Shown here: positions 39,048 through 55,758 of the stretch, piece by piece
Layout of the letters: each line of letters opens with the position of its first letter
Numbering within the stretch: position 1 is the first letter of the stretch
From: Eledone cirrhosa
Lineage: Eukaryota
NCBI GenBank assembly: GCA_964016885.1
Contig: OZ024743.1
Coordinates: 16,678,001 to 16,742,000 of the forward strand
Length of the DNA: 64,000 nucleotides
Reading direction: 5' to 3'
Position numbers and translations under genes: made by a program
Notes under the pieces: model-generated
What the model was told of the DNA's origin: nothing
What the model saw: the letters and a program-made list of their open reading frames with translations, nothing else
The model's database searches: none

Positions 39048-42000
39048 TAGGAAAGAAAAATGCACAATAAAAAACAGTGGTGATGTGCATGTGCGCGTGA
39101 GTGTAATCAAGTGAGCAGGAATGTGGATGGATATGTCTACGTATGTGTGCATGATTGTATATTTCCGTTTGCAGAACACTGCCTATTCACAGAAGAAGCA
39201 ATGTTCACAATGCATTATCTGCTACGCTGAATAGATTATTTCGTCTAATTAAATAATTATCTGATTCACTCGAATGTTCATCCCGTTGTCGTTTAACTGT
39301 GCATTAGTTTCGAGCGTTCAATGGGTTTTATGACATTAGTTTGCCAACAGTGAGTAATAAATAATTTAAAAAAAAATATTTTTAGCAGATCGATTGATTA
39401 CCAAATTAATTCAATATTTGTTCATTTCCAGAAATGATATGAATATGACATTAAGTGACACATACCTGCATTTTCTTTATATTCATATGAAACTCGGAAG
39501 GAGAATGGAGATTATTTTCTTGTAAGATAATAATACAGATTATTATTATAGGTAACTAAATAGGTTATACCCTTTCAGTATATCAGTTTTAAAGATTCGG
39601 TCCTGCAGGCGTTCTGAGACTGAAACAGTGAATTACTCTCATACCTTCGCGATCCGGTGTCCATTATTACAAGTACCCCAAACATAACCCGCCCGAATTA
39701 ATACATAGTGAGGCAAACAGCAGATCAACATTTTACTAATCACTTACACTGTTTTAGATTCAGACTTTACAATGGGCTATATATAAGGGGAAAGATACAT
39801 TTACATGACAGTGACTGGCAACATCTTCATTACGTTTTCCACATCAATAAACGTTGAAGAAAATCCATTTCGATTTACCTGTTTTGACCTTTGATAAAAT
39901 ATCGTTGCTTGAATTTTCTAAAAACCTTAGACTCCATAGACTTTTCAACTTAAATGAGTACCTTTCTCTTGGGCCTTAAGCGTGGACCCTTCATTTTATG
40001 AGGAATAACATGTAATTCATATTTTAAAATAGAAATCCATCTTCAGTCCTGAAACTGATCAACTATTAACATTTCACACATCGTCAGGAATATCTACCTA
40101 ACAACCTAAAATATCGTTTTATTCTTCATATACGTGTTCAAATCTAACTTTTTCTCTTATGCAGATCGAATGCAATCTGAAACATACAAAAAATACAGGC
40201 TCTTACAATAGCATCAGCAGGAATGTTGCAAGTGACTATTAAACTAAAGATGTTTCCATTCTAAACGTACAAATCAATGAAGATGATGCTAATTGCATCA
40301 ACTAATAGAAACGTTTGGATAATATTGACGATATTAACAAGAATGTTTATTGTCTTTAGAAATAAGTTCAAAAGAAATAAGTTGATGCAGAAAGTAGAAT
40401 CTTTGAAAATATAATTTACCCGATCCCAGTGTCGTATTATCTCTTTGTTGATAATATATTTTAAATACCAATATGTAACGGACACTTTCTCACAGACATA
40501 TTAAAGAACAAATATCAAGAAGTGTTTAGGAATATGTACACAGTGCTAACATCACTCACAGCATAATCATACGTTTGTTTTTCGTGGCTAAAAATATAAA
40601 TCAGTGTATCGTATGACTATAGATCATTACAGGATCATCATAGAAACAGGTTATTTCAGTGCATACAATCTTCATTTCAATTTAGAAAATTAGTGTTTCG
40701 TTTACACAGTGAAACACTAAGGTTTACACAATATATTCTACTCTATTTTACCGAAGAACATGACAGAGTGAGGAAAATATAAACATAGATAAAGATATCA
40801 ATATGTTTTCCATACACTATATTTTTTTCTTGCCATTCAATGCTTCCCGTATGTTTCTTCAACAGGTAAAACTCCAATAAAACTTGACTTAACTATTGTA
40901 TTTATTTCGACAAGGATATAAACAACAGAATGGAAACAATAGGTATGCATTACCAATGCTAGGCTAGTGTATGCTTATTTATTAATACAATTTTATTATG
41001 TATTTGTATTCCTACACCACAAGACAATATGAAATTAATTTTAATTATAAAACATTTCTATTTGATAAGATAAATAACTGAGTTTATTTAACATTTAACG
41101 CCGTTCACATTAAAACAAATATCAATACAACCGGCATAAACATATCTAATGCATTGAGAGTCGACATTCTACTTATGCTGAATACACTGCATTAGCTCAA
41201 TATAGTTTTACGTTTTTGTTATTACAAAATAAAATTTAACACATGACATCTTTTCGTAGGCATTTTCAATCAAGTATATTTCCCAGCATAGTTGACGATG
41301 TTTTTACGAAGTATGTCCTTTGAGATAGGCATGGGTATCCACCACCAGACATATTTGCAGAGATAGAAATATATCTAAAGTAATGATGGTTATGTTTCAA
41401 AATAACATATTGTAATTTCAACATGAGAACAAATACTGAAATTAAATATCTATTTCAAGTAAATTTCAATATACATAATATATAACAAAATAAATGTGTC
41501 GAGTTTCAATCTCGACATATGTTTTTGTGAGTGTTTGGGCAGGAGTTCTGTTTCCGGGTAAAATATCTCCAAATATAAAATATATAACTGAATATATATA
41601 GTTACGTTGCAAGGATATCTTCATTGTACAATACTAAAAGGAAAACAACAACAATAACAAAGAAATGTATCGATAAATTGTATGTCAAATCATCAACCAG
41701 GGATAATCATATATGTTACCTCACGTGAAAATACAACCATTTACGTCAATGAATGTGGAAATAGTTTGGTAGACAGTTATTCTGTTAGTTGGAATATGTG
41801 TGTGTGTGGTTTGTGCGTGTGCGTGTTTGTGTCTGTATGCGAAAATTACAAAGAATATCTCACAAAAAATCAATAGATAATAATGACGATATATATTAGT
41901 TTAACTCTTGATTTAATGGGAAAAGAATTTAAAGGTTTTGGACGCCAGTCTTTCCACAGAATCGAGAATGAGAACTAAAACAACTAATAAGAGGAGAGTG

Positions 42001-42723
42001 AGAATATTTGGAAAATAAATATATACAAACTCACATGCACACTCACACAAACAAGGTTCTTCACTGATTTTATATTTCAAAACACTTTTGCCTTAACTGT
42101 AAGCGTGAAAATGTGACTCTGAATGTATATTTGCACGCAGGTGATTGTAACGCGAAGTATTTTTTTCAAAATATTTACAAAATGTCAAATGGATAAATTA
42201 CTTATGAATAATTAAACAGAAAACCAGTAGATGAAACCTAGAATAAAAATAAAATTATATTAGAAACACAATACAAAAACACAAGCTTACACAGAGAGGC
42301 TAGTGCAGTCTGGTATAAGGAGATAGACAATATTCCATTGTAAATGAGAGAATGAATTCTCGAGGGCATGAAAGAATGTGAATGGATACACGAATCGATC
42401 CGAAAATATCAGGAATATATTATATTTGGGCAAATTCGTTCAAATATTCTAATATGCTCAGTAAATATTCTGAATCTAAGCACTTCTACTATTGTTTGCT
42501 GTGGGTACTTATATAACTTTCTATGAAGAAAACTGGATGAAAAGGACAATGCGATTCAAATGATTATATTAAAATATATCCATAATTACGAATATTCTAA
42601 GTACCTACAAAACACATTTACACAAATGCACAAATACACGCATACACGCATACGCACAAACACTCTCATATGTACATATATTACATTCATATATCCCAAT
42701 TTTTATATATATAATATAGTGAG

Positions 42724-42819
42724 GGTTTCCATGGTACTAGAACTGTTTCATTCGAAGGAAATCATCTGGAAAACCCGATGATTTCCTTTGAATGAAACAG
42801 TTCTAGTCCTGTAGAAGCC
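42724..42819. repeat. mini fold-back made almost entirely of two degenerate HHR motifs
   Basis: Plus arm CCGATGA-TTTCCTTTGAAT-GAAA-CAGTTCTAG-TC; minus arm CAGATGA-TTTCCTTCGAAT-GAAA-CAGTTCTAG-TA. Confidence 0.6.
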
Positions 42820-42943
42820 ATTTGTGTATCAAATATTTATACACTGCTATGTATTGTGAACCTTACTATAGTTACGCCCGATTGAACCCGGGACAACACA
42901 TGCACACCCATACACAACACATATATATATACATATATATATA

Positions 42944-43014
<71 letters not shown>

Positions 43015-43035
43015 TGGCTGACAACTCGTTTTCGA

Positions 43036-44199
43036 GCCCTAAAACTCAGTACCCTGGACCTTAGACACCCTAAAGTAAATCAACCGAAACTAAAAGCTCT
43101 TCCATACATCTCCACACACAACCCCCTACACAATGAGGCCTTTGACACCATCCTCCAGAATATCCCTGTGTTGAAAAAGGACCATAGAATGAACCAAATC
43201 CTACGAACACACGATATCATAAAGAGCAAAAGACAATCTAAGTCAATGAAAAACATCCTAACACATGCCACAGTACTGCCAACCACAACAGCGGAACCCA
43301 CAGTAAAAAAATGCGATAGACCCAACTGTGGCATTTGCATCAACCTAATAGACGGTTCGGAATTCTATTTCAAAGAAAGACAACGTTTTATAGTAAAACA
43401 CAATTTCACATGCGCATCAACAAATCTAATATATGTATTAACTTGCTCAGGTTGTCGAGAACAATACATAGGCCAGACCAAAATCAGCCTCCGCCAACGC
43501 ATGACTGTCCATATATCCCAAATTAAAATACGGGAATACAGGAAAATACCACTGAGTGAACACATTGATACATGTGTCGCCCAAAATCCTCCCAACTTCA
43601 GAATCTTTCCCCTCTACAAATTTAAAGATAATGCCACCCACACCCAGCGCATCAGCAACACACATGTTCTAAGGTGCAACACAAATATACACAAATTTGC
43701 ATACCTTTTTATGTCTATATATATAACCGTGCCGACACACACACATACATAAACACACACATGCATTGCACACTGATGGGCACATACATATTTGTGCACA
43801 AGTATTCCAATACGGCAAGGCCTATTGAATTCCCCTTGCATTACGTACAATCTGGACACACTCACACACACCTTAGTATTATGCCAATACTATATATCAT
43901 TTCACACCTTTTATTATTAAGGATTTTGATGTTCTATTGAGAGAATCGATTTTACAGAAATAAATACTGGTCCACCCACACACACACAAACACACATTCT
44001 CACACAAACACACATATATACACACACACATACACACGCGTACACTAATATACAAAGAGACATACACACACACACACTTCTCCGTATAAGACAAGAGCTG
44101 AAAATATATTTTAACATGTTAAAATATCCCGACACACTTACAGTCACATTCCTACTGACCATCCCTCTACCACGAATTACTCTGCTACACATACACACA

Positions 44200-44232
<33 letters not shown>

Positions 44233-44762
44233 CCACACACACACTTGTCTTAATAGGCATTTGAACTGTCAACAGGCTGCAGTTCGCACACACATCCCTG
44301 CTGACCATTATCACAACAACGAACATCTTTACTACTACTACACACACACACACACACACATATTTGTTGTGAGATACTTATTTCTCAGTCAGCCGACACA
44401 AACCTACATTTGGCGCAAAATCAATTTTTAACATTCACATGACCTCTACCGACCAATCAAAATTGTTTTGACCACAAGAATGTTTGCAACACGAATTGGC
44501 GCAAAACTTATTTTAATACAGCTGGAGCCACTTTTTAAACATAAACACAGGTAGAATTCCCAAAACTAATCAGATCAGAGCAAACATCACGGACGGTCTA
44601 TCTCAAAATAATTTTTGAAAAGCATTAGAAATGCGCAACCGGTAAAAACTTAAAACCAAAACTGAATACTAACCAATACTATTACTAATTCTCACTTATT
44701 CCTAATTAAACTATTTTTCACTGTGAACAATTTGTCAGCATTTTCTATTCCGTTTATCAATA
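43036..44762 (+). mobile_element. Naiad-like PLE, 5'-truncated second copy (GIY-YIG plus 3' UTR; HHR variant at 44612-44647)
   Basis: Closely similar to 6882-8752; CDRPNCGIC..IYVLTCSGCREQYIGQT in one frame; (TA)n on both sides. Confidence 0.92.
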
Positions 44763-44926
44763 TATATATATATATATATATACCAACATATCGTTATAGG
44801 TTGTGAATACTCCGTATTGTGGATAGTTTTAGCATACGGTTTTGCTTAACTCAACAAGAGGTTTCCGTAGGTGGAGACTTTGTGATTTCGCGGGAATTCC
44901 TATGTAAGTTTATCTTGGAGTAATAA

Positions 44927-45252
44927 TATTGAAAGAGTGAAGAATAATATGGTCATCAGTACAAAAAAAGGGGTTTTGTTTACAGTATTAACAACTGTTT
45001 CACTGTTTAAGTTTTCTAAAAATTGGTGAACACTTGAAGCTCTGCCACTCAATTTAAATACGCTGTTAGCTTAACCAGATCATCAGAAGGGACCGATGAT
45101 CACGTTAAGCTAACAGCGTATTCAAAATTGAGTGGCACAGCTTCAAGTATTCAGCAATGTTTAGACAACTTAATCAGTGAACCAATTGTGAATTCTGTAA
45201 ATAAAACCCCTTTGTTGTACTGTTGACCATGTTATCCTACACTCTTTCAATA
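44927..45252. mobile_element. diverged fold-back with long-stem-II HHR motif in both arms
   Basis: Arms 44927-45086 and 45093-45252; minus arm CTGATGA-[about 79 nt closed by CTG.TTAAG/CTTAA.CAG]-GAAA-CAGTTG-TT. Confidence 0.7.
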
Positions 45253-45279
45253 ATATATCTATATATCTATATATATATG

Positions 45280-48304
<3,025 letters not shown>

Positions 48305-48734
48305 ATATATATATATATATATATATAGTTTTAATGGGGGTAAAGTTGCATTTAAAATAAATGTTACAGCTAAACGTTAAGATGAAAAGTTAAATTACAT
48401 CTGGACGAGTTTATTGAATGGTAAGAGCATTTTCTCTTTTTAACCAACTGAATTCGATTTAATGCTGAGCTGACATGTCGAACATCACCTCCACATTCAC
48501 AAATGCATCTTCATATATATCATATATAGGACAGTATTTTGACAGAAAGTTCACATATATTCAGACTATTGACATTTGTTTAATATTTAATTTTTTTTAT
48601 ATTTGATAGGATTGTTATACATATGGTTATATATGGTTATATTTAATACAGCAATTAGAAAATTAATCTGTAAATGTACTGCTGAGATCTTTCATCTTTA
48701 CTTTCTAGCCCATTTATCTCTTCCTCTCTCTCCC

Positions 48735-48767
<33 letters not shown>

Positions 48768-48778
48768 TTCTATACATA

Positions 48779-48837
<59 letters not shown>

Positions 48838-48843
<6 letters not shown>

Positions 48844-49250
48844 TAAACGGAAAAGAAAATGCTGACAAATTGTTCACAGTTAAAAATAGTTTAATTAGGA
48901 ATAAGTCAAAATTAGTAATAGTATTGGTTAGTATTCAGTTTTGGTTTTAAGTTTTACCAGTTGCGCATTTCAAATGCTTTTCAAAAATAATTTTGAGATA
49001 CAGCGCCCGTGATGTTTGCTCCAATCTGGATTAGAGCAAACATCACGGGCGCTCTATCTCAAAATAATTTTTGAACAGCATTTGAAATGCGCAACTGGTA
49101 AAACTTAAAACCAAAACTGAATACTAACCAATACTATTACTAATTTTGACTTATTCCTAATTAAACTATTTTTCGCTGCGAACAATTTGTCAGCATTTTC
49201 TTATCCGTTTACCAATATATCATAACTCGTGTGTTACACCTCTATTCTTT

Positions 49251-49253
<3 letters not shown>
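48838..49253. mobile_element. fold-back built from the last 180 bp or so of the Naiad-like pseudo-LTR
   Basis: Arms 48838-49021 and 49034-49218; HHR variants at 48952-48987 (-) and 49068-49103 (+); tail to 49253; (TA)n flanks. Confidence 0.9.
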
Positions 49254-49329
<76 letters not shown>

Positions 49330-49333
<4 letters not shown>

Positions 49334-49940
49334 ATAATAATAAATTTGAAGACTAAAATCCAAAGAGGGCTCGAAATTTGAAGACTAAAATCTAATTTCA
49401 GATGATCCCGTTAAGGGTGAAAGCAGCGATTATTTGCTTAAACTTTAATCTGTTATTTTAATAAAAAAATATATATATATATTTACTCGTCACCCAAAGT
49501 GAGATGTGGGTGAAAATGTTCATTGTTTCTTCTAAGATAATCTATTACACTAAAATATGATAGTGCTACCAGTTATAGTCACAGAATCATTAGAACATCT
49601 GACTGATGAAATAACAAGTCAGTCAATCATATTGGTGACCTCCCCACAGCCCCGCTGGACAGAATGGAGAAGGCGTTTCCCCGGAGGACGGCAAGGAAGA
49701 CGCGCTGGAAAAGCCATTCCAGCTCCCGAGGCTCACACCTGCGGCTGGCCAGCTCAGCGCCTATGGTGGTGAGTAGGGAGGTAGCCCTGGGGCCAAGTAC
49801 ACAAGAAGTCTCCACTGCCAAGGGTACAACGGCAAACCTGACGGAGAGCGACCGGTATTTGAAGAGTTTGGCCTCCTCAACCCGACGTGCAGCAGAACCT
49901 GGGTTAATGGCAGATTGCAGCAGGTTGCACACGTGTTTTC
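49330..49940 (-). mobile_element. CRE-clade non-LTR retrotransposon 3' fragment (RLE C-terminus plus 3' UTR)
   Basis: AARRVEEAKLFKY...VPLAVET..VLGP.A..LL..IG......LFQRVFLAVLRGNA; 3' boundary uncertain. Confidence 0.7.
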
Positions 49941-49959
49941 GTTAGAAAGCTTGGTAGGG

Positions 49960-52900
49960 CTATTGGATGTTATGATTTGGTAGAATCATATTTGTCACTC
50001 CTTATTTAATATTGGTATTACAAACTCATACGTCAATTTCGATATATGAAGATGCTATTAAGATCCAATGATACTATTCATTTAGCAATATTCCTTGTAT
50101 TACAATTCATGATACATTAACGATTAAATTAGGTATTCCAGATGGGACTCAGACCGTTGTCTCTTTTAATTAATCTTCACTGCTAGTCATTCTTATTAAG
50201 TACGAGAGTAAAATTTACATTTGAAGTGAGAGGGGTTAATGCTTTGTAATTAATATATTCTGGAACCAAATATATGTAGAAAAACCTTTCTCCGTCTAAT
50301 GGTAAAATGTTGACGGTATCTGAGATTACTGCACTATAGTGTTAATATAATAATAGAATTTGGTGTTTTGGTTGTTTGGATTTGCTAGATCAGATATACC
50401 TTTTAGCTTGTTTCATTTGCTTTTTACCCTTTATATGTGATCTTTTATATCTAATCCTTTATACTTTTCATGATTTAAAACTGTTGGATGCTATTTCTAT
50501 TTATCAAAACATTGGTAAATCTCTCTTTTTATGTGTTTTAATTCGTCACTCCGCCAATACCTTTTGTAGATGCTATCTTTGTTGTGTTTATTTGTATTCT
50601 GATTAACAGAAGTAAAAGTACATTCGCAGAGATTTTCTCTTGTATTTATTCATAAGTATTTGTACACCTGCTTTGTCTAGGTAATTTATAAACTTGCTCC
50701 AGCCAGACTTGTGAAATAGATATCTTCTGTTTTATGTATTGTTTAGTGTGTGTAGCAATTGTTAGTGTTTTTGTTTGTTAAATTAATTGCAATAAATGCT
50801 TACAGTATAGATAGTTGATGTAAAGAATGTTGTATTCATCCACAATCTCTAGTAGATATTCTGTATTCTTTAGACTGATGTTTACTCATCGTTGATCCAG
50901 AACGGGCGGTATACATTGAATTAGACTAACTAGCAGAAAAAACCGACCTTCGGGTGGTTTTCTGCTAGCATATGTAGTGTGTATATTGATATTATAGGCA
51001 AGTATATATACATGAGGATATGATACATCAAATAAAATCGTAATTGACAATATAAACAGAAATTGAACGAAGACGTTGTTACACTGTCTTATGTAATCCA
51101 TGAAAAGACTATATTGTATATAAACTGCATTAGGAGAAAATTAGTGACAGAAAATTAGTTTGTTTATTTAAGCGATTGCCACGAGAAGTGTTGATATCAC
51201 ACATTCTCTCTTTCTATATAAATGGTAGTTGAAGTGGTGGTCGTGGCAACGATATACCGGAAGTGCAACTTTGAAAAGAAGTCCATTTTAAATTATTTAT
51301 TTTAAAAAAATTATTTTTGTTTACAAAATTTAGTAGATAAATTATGTAATATTCATTCATTATTTATTCAAAGTATTATTAAGTTGGTGGATTGGAAGTA
51401 TCGGTAGAGGGTTGGACGCCATGATTTGCAGCAAAGAGTTACAGGCCTTTATGGTCTGAGTTCATATCCCGCCGAGGTTAACTTTGCCTTTCATCCTTAC
51501 GGGGTCGCTAAAATAAGTACCAGTAATACACTGGGATATTGTTGGCCTTGTGCCAAAAGTAGAAACAATTATTTATTGAAAGTAATCCAACTTATTTTAC
51601 TAACGAGATAAAAAAAAAAAAAAAACGTACGCAGTCCCGCAGACCTTCCCTTTTTACAGTTTAGATATCTGTGGATTAAAGTTTCAACTTCTGAGAGGGT
51701 TATGAATATTTATTAAATAAATGTTTAGCTTTCTGATGGTCATACACAATATCTATCCATTTTCACTACATTTGTATTATGTGTAATTTGAACATATCTG
51801 ATGTAAGCACTCTATCGCATCGTCATGCTCTACGGTAACATGTATTAGATTTTAAAGAAACAGAATTCTGTATTCGTTTTTGTGCACGTTCAGGTCATTT
51901 AGTAGAGATTCATGAAAGAGAAATGAATCAAATGCGATGTAATAAATGTTTCAAATCAGTTCAATTAGTTCGTGGTGTTTGTTTAGTTTGATGTTGCACA
52001 TTATAATTTGTTTCATTGTTCTTATTACTGCTATTTTTTTTATATGTTTGAATGGGATTCAATATTTTGATCTGTTTGCTTAGATCTATTTTTGTTATTG
52101 ATGGCTACATTCCTGTTAACAAATTGTTTTTATGGTATAGTGGTAATCCTTGTTCTATTGTTCCAAGTTAATTAGTGTTTCCTGTAGAGGATTCATTGTC
52201 TTTGCGGCACTTTCCATTTGTAGGATAATCTTTAGATGACAGTTTCGGTTATTGTGTGATGTGGAAGAAAATTAGATGCGCTTGTTACTGTAAATAAATC
52301 CATCAGTTCTACACCCTATATAATCTCACTGAGATCAGGAACCACTTGATTTAATAGAACATTTTCGGAATGCTTGTCAGTCAATACAACATTAACTTGC
52401 TGCCGAGAAATATTACAGAGTATAGTTTATTACATTTAATACGTTATGAAGGTCATCTATGTTCGAACGTACTCTGTCTACCACTACAGGGTATATAGGT
52501 TACATTAGCGTAAGCCAACATCCTTCTTATACTTTGTGTTACTTTTCATTGTTATTGTTTCTCTTGGTTCTTTGGTACACTTAGCGTTATTTATTCATGT
52601 GTGCTTTGCATTTTTATTGGTGTGGTGTTGTTCATATTACATATCATAGCTGTTTCTCAGCTGTTGTCGTGATTATGATAGCTGAAGTATTATTGTGCTG
52701 GAAGACTGTTGAATTTAAATGAGATATACAACTCTGTATTTTTTAAGTAGCTTTGACGAGATGATCTGTTTGTGTTTATGTTTTCACAGCAGTATCCCGA
52801 TTGATTGCAATGTGTTTACTGTTCTTAACTATAGCTTACAATAACGTTTTCAGATGGTGACGTTTAGGAGTGTTTGATCTATTGGTGTGTTTAATTTGTT

Positions 52901-53260
52901 TCTGTTCTGTGGTTACATTGTTGTTATTGGTATGTGTCTATTCAGTACTTATGCTAACTTCATTAATCTTTCATGTGGGTAAATAAGACTTTCTTGGACA
53001 ATTTTTAGGTGTGGTTTATTTCTAATTTGTATCAGGATATCCACAGTATTGTATTTGATCATATTGTGTTTGTGCGTTGTTATCTCCTTTTTGGCGGACT
53101 TCATTGTTTTCGCATAGCTTTCTGTTTCTTGTTTGATGATGCCAACTTTCTGCACTGATTTTCACCGTTGGGGATTGATTTGTTGCAAGTATAAATCCAA
53201 GACATATTTTAGTTAATCGACGCATTATTTCTAAAGTTCCGTGTTAAAATAAATGTATTA
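49960..53260 (-). mobile_element. highly decayed PLE-like remnants, interrupted
   Basis: Only patchy resemblance to the 4.7-6.6 kb RT in composition and a few short motifs; no long ORF. Confidence 0.3.
51383..51570 (+). mobile_element. SINE
   Basis: GGTGGATTGGAAGTATCGGTAG...GAGTTCATATCCCGCCGAGGTTAACTTTGCC...CCTTGTGCCAAAAGTAGAAACAATTATT. Confidence 0.9.
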
Positions 53261-53551
53261 CATGTCATGTGATACTAAGACTTGCGGTAGATTTTAACTC
53301 AATAATTGTAGTCTTCCGTTTCCCTTAGCTACATATACAATGGGCTGCAAGTAGTGGTATATAAAGTGGCGGGTTGTAGAGGTCAAGAATATGAATAGAT
53401 ATGGGTTCACCCACCGATATATATATATATATTAGCAAACACACACAAAATATGATTCCGACAGGTACACTCGTGGGGTTATTTGCTTTGCACAGTCCCT
53501 AAGAAGCAGCCGCATTAAATGTCCTATAGGAAAATATGCTTCGTAGAATCA

Positions 53552-53649
53552 AGACGTATCTGAGGACCTTGCGATTTTCAGAGTCAGGTTCGATCATTAC
53601 ATCGATCGTGCCACGAGCTGGTCGCCAGAGAAACGAGTGTAATATGTCT
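53552..53649 (+). ncRNA. second copy of the long-stem-II HHR (same family as 12894-12986)
   Basis: AGACGTAT-CTGAGGA-[63 nt]-GAAA-CGAGTG-TA-ATATGTCT (8-bp stem I), then AATAAA and (TA)n. Confidence 0.65.
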
Positions 53650-53690
53650 AATAAATTCCATTCGTCGCAACACTGATTCTCTTTTTTTCT

Positions 53691-53872
<182 letters not shown>

Positions 53873-53904
53873 GGGGGGGGGGGGAAATAGATGCGGAAAA
53901 TGCA

Positions 53905-55580
53905 ATAAGTTTCATTTACAAAAACTTATGTCTTCACCGTTTTCACATGTTTCAAGTTATTCAAAAGTCAAGAAACATGTAGACATGTGTGCCAATGCCG
54001 ATGTGTATCTTGCATCAGAATGATGTTAGGAATTAGAACACACACCTAAACATATCCACAGAGAGAAATTATTGTGTCTTTAATGTGGTGAACCTCTACA
54101 TCAATACATCAATAAGGAGGTGATTGGATCTGTGCTCGAAATATTCGCTTATTCAATCCAGGAAAAAATAGGAAACAGGTTTAATTACTTAGGGAATAAG
54201 ATTAATTCTACAAATTATTTGTTCATATCAATGGCAACATTTTCAAACAAATATCGTGTACTGCGATTGAAACAAAGAGTACCCAGACGTACGTTCATTT
54301 AGTCATGGCATATATGGAGGTCCGGATATATGAGCAATCGAGAATAAATGTTGACTTGAATTTATACAAATATTTGCTACACAACTGGAAACGCTACTTG
54401 GATGACTGTCTGAATATCTGGACGCACACGCCCCAGCAAATCAATGACCCTAACTACCGGCATCAATAATACTATCGGATTAACAATGGAATATAGTCAA
54501 AGCCAACGTCCATTCCTAGATATTCTAATCATAACAAGGCACACATATTAAAACTGACATTTACGACAGAAAAATAGACTCTAAACAATACTTACTATTA
54601 ACCTGAATTCATCCAAAGTACACACGAAGACAAATCTTCCATTTGAACTAGCAAGACAAATCTGTAAAAGTGTCTCAGATCATGCTATTCGGAATAAGAG
54701 TATCTATGAACTGGTCGAAATTCTACTCGAAAGAAAGTATCCGTCAAAACTAGTAGACAACGGAATAGAATGTGCCAAACCATTAAACATTAAAACAAAT
54801 ATAGGAAATAAACAAAAAAAAACAATCTCAGATGCATCCAACCATCTACCTTATATCGCAAAACACTATCTAAGTAAAACAGAGGCATACAACATTGTCC
54901 ACAAAATATCCCAATTGTGAGACATGACCCAGCAATGTAGTGATCTAAGTATATAATCTAAGCATAAAATAATCAAAAGCAAAGACAACTAAAATGATTT
55001 AAAGACTACTCACTAGCGCCACATTACCCACCACCAACACATTACTAACATGCAAAATGTGTTCGCCCTAATCATGAAACTTTCATTAACCTCAGTACAA
55101 ACATATTTTTATGAATACACATTGCAACTGTTCGGCAAAAAATGTATTCGTTTTATGTCATTAAATGTAAAGTCTGTAGGGAAGACTATAAAGGGCAAAC
55201 CAAACTCACCCTTAGAAACAGAATGATAATTCACCGCCGACAATTATAAGACTCTGCAGCAATTTAGATACCACTTCGTAAGCAATTAGATATCCGTGCG
55301 AAGAAATAGTACCATAAATTGCAGCTGTATCCATTATACTGTTGCCCAGAATATGCCAGAGAATAGACAGGAATAATTAAAGAAAATGTATTTATTCAAA
55401 AATATAAACCATATCTGAATCGGCTCTAATTGCTTCACACACCAACGCACAGGTAACATTTTTTACCCTGATAATATAATTTCTACCTTTATTAATATTG
55501 GTATTGATGTTGCCATTATTATTATGTTACCACGTGTGCCTCTGTACCTGAAGAAAGAAAAGAATAAATTGCTCTTGTGA
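53905..55580 (+). mobile_element. decayed Naiad-like PLE (RT plus GIY-YIG), different subfamily
   Basis: VSFNVVNLY, WKRYLDDC, PFLDILI, DSKQYL, NLPFELARQIC, YVIKCKVCREDYKGQT; many indels. Confidence 0.8.
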
Positions 55581-55586
55581 CACACA

Positions 55587-55628
<42 letters not shown>

Positions 55629-55679
55629 CGTACAATTCTTGATCATTTTTGTTGATTAGTTCATCATCATTATTATTAT

Positions 55680-55758
55680 GGGGTCGATAAAATAAAAGTA
55701 CCAGTAATGCACTGGGTAATTGCTGGCCTTGTGCCTAAAGTAGAAACAATTATTATTA
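55680..55758 (+). mobile_element. SINE 3' fragment
   Basis: GGGTCGATAAAATAAAAGTACCAG...CCTTGTGCCTAAAGTAGAAACAATTATTATT. Confidence 0.8.
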
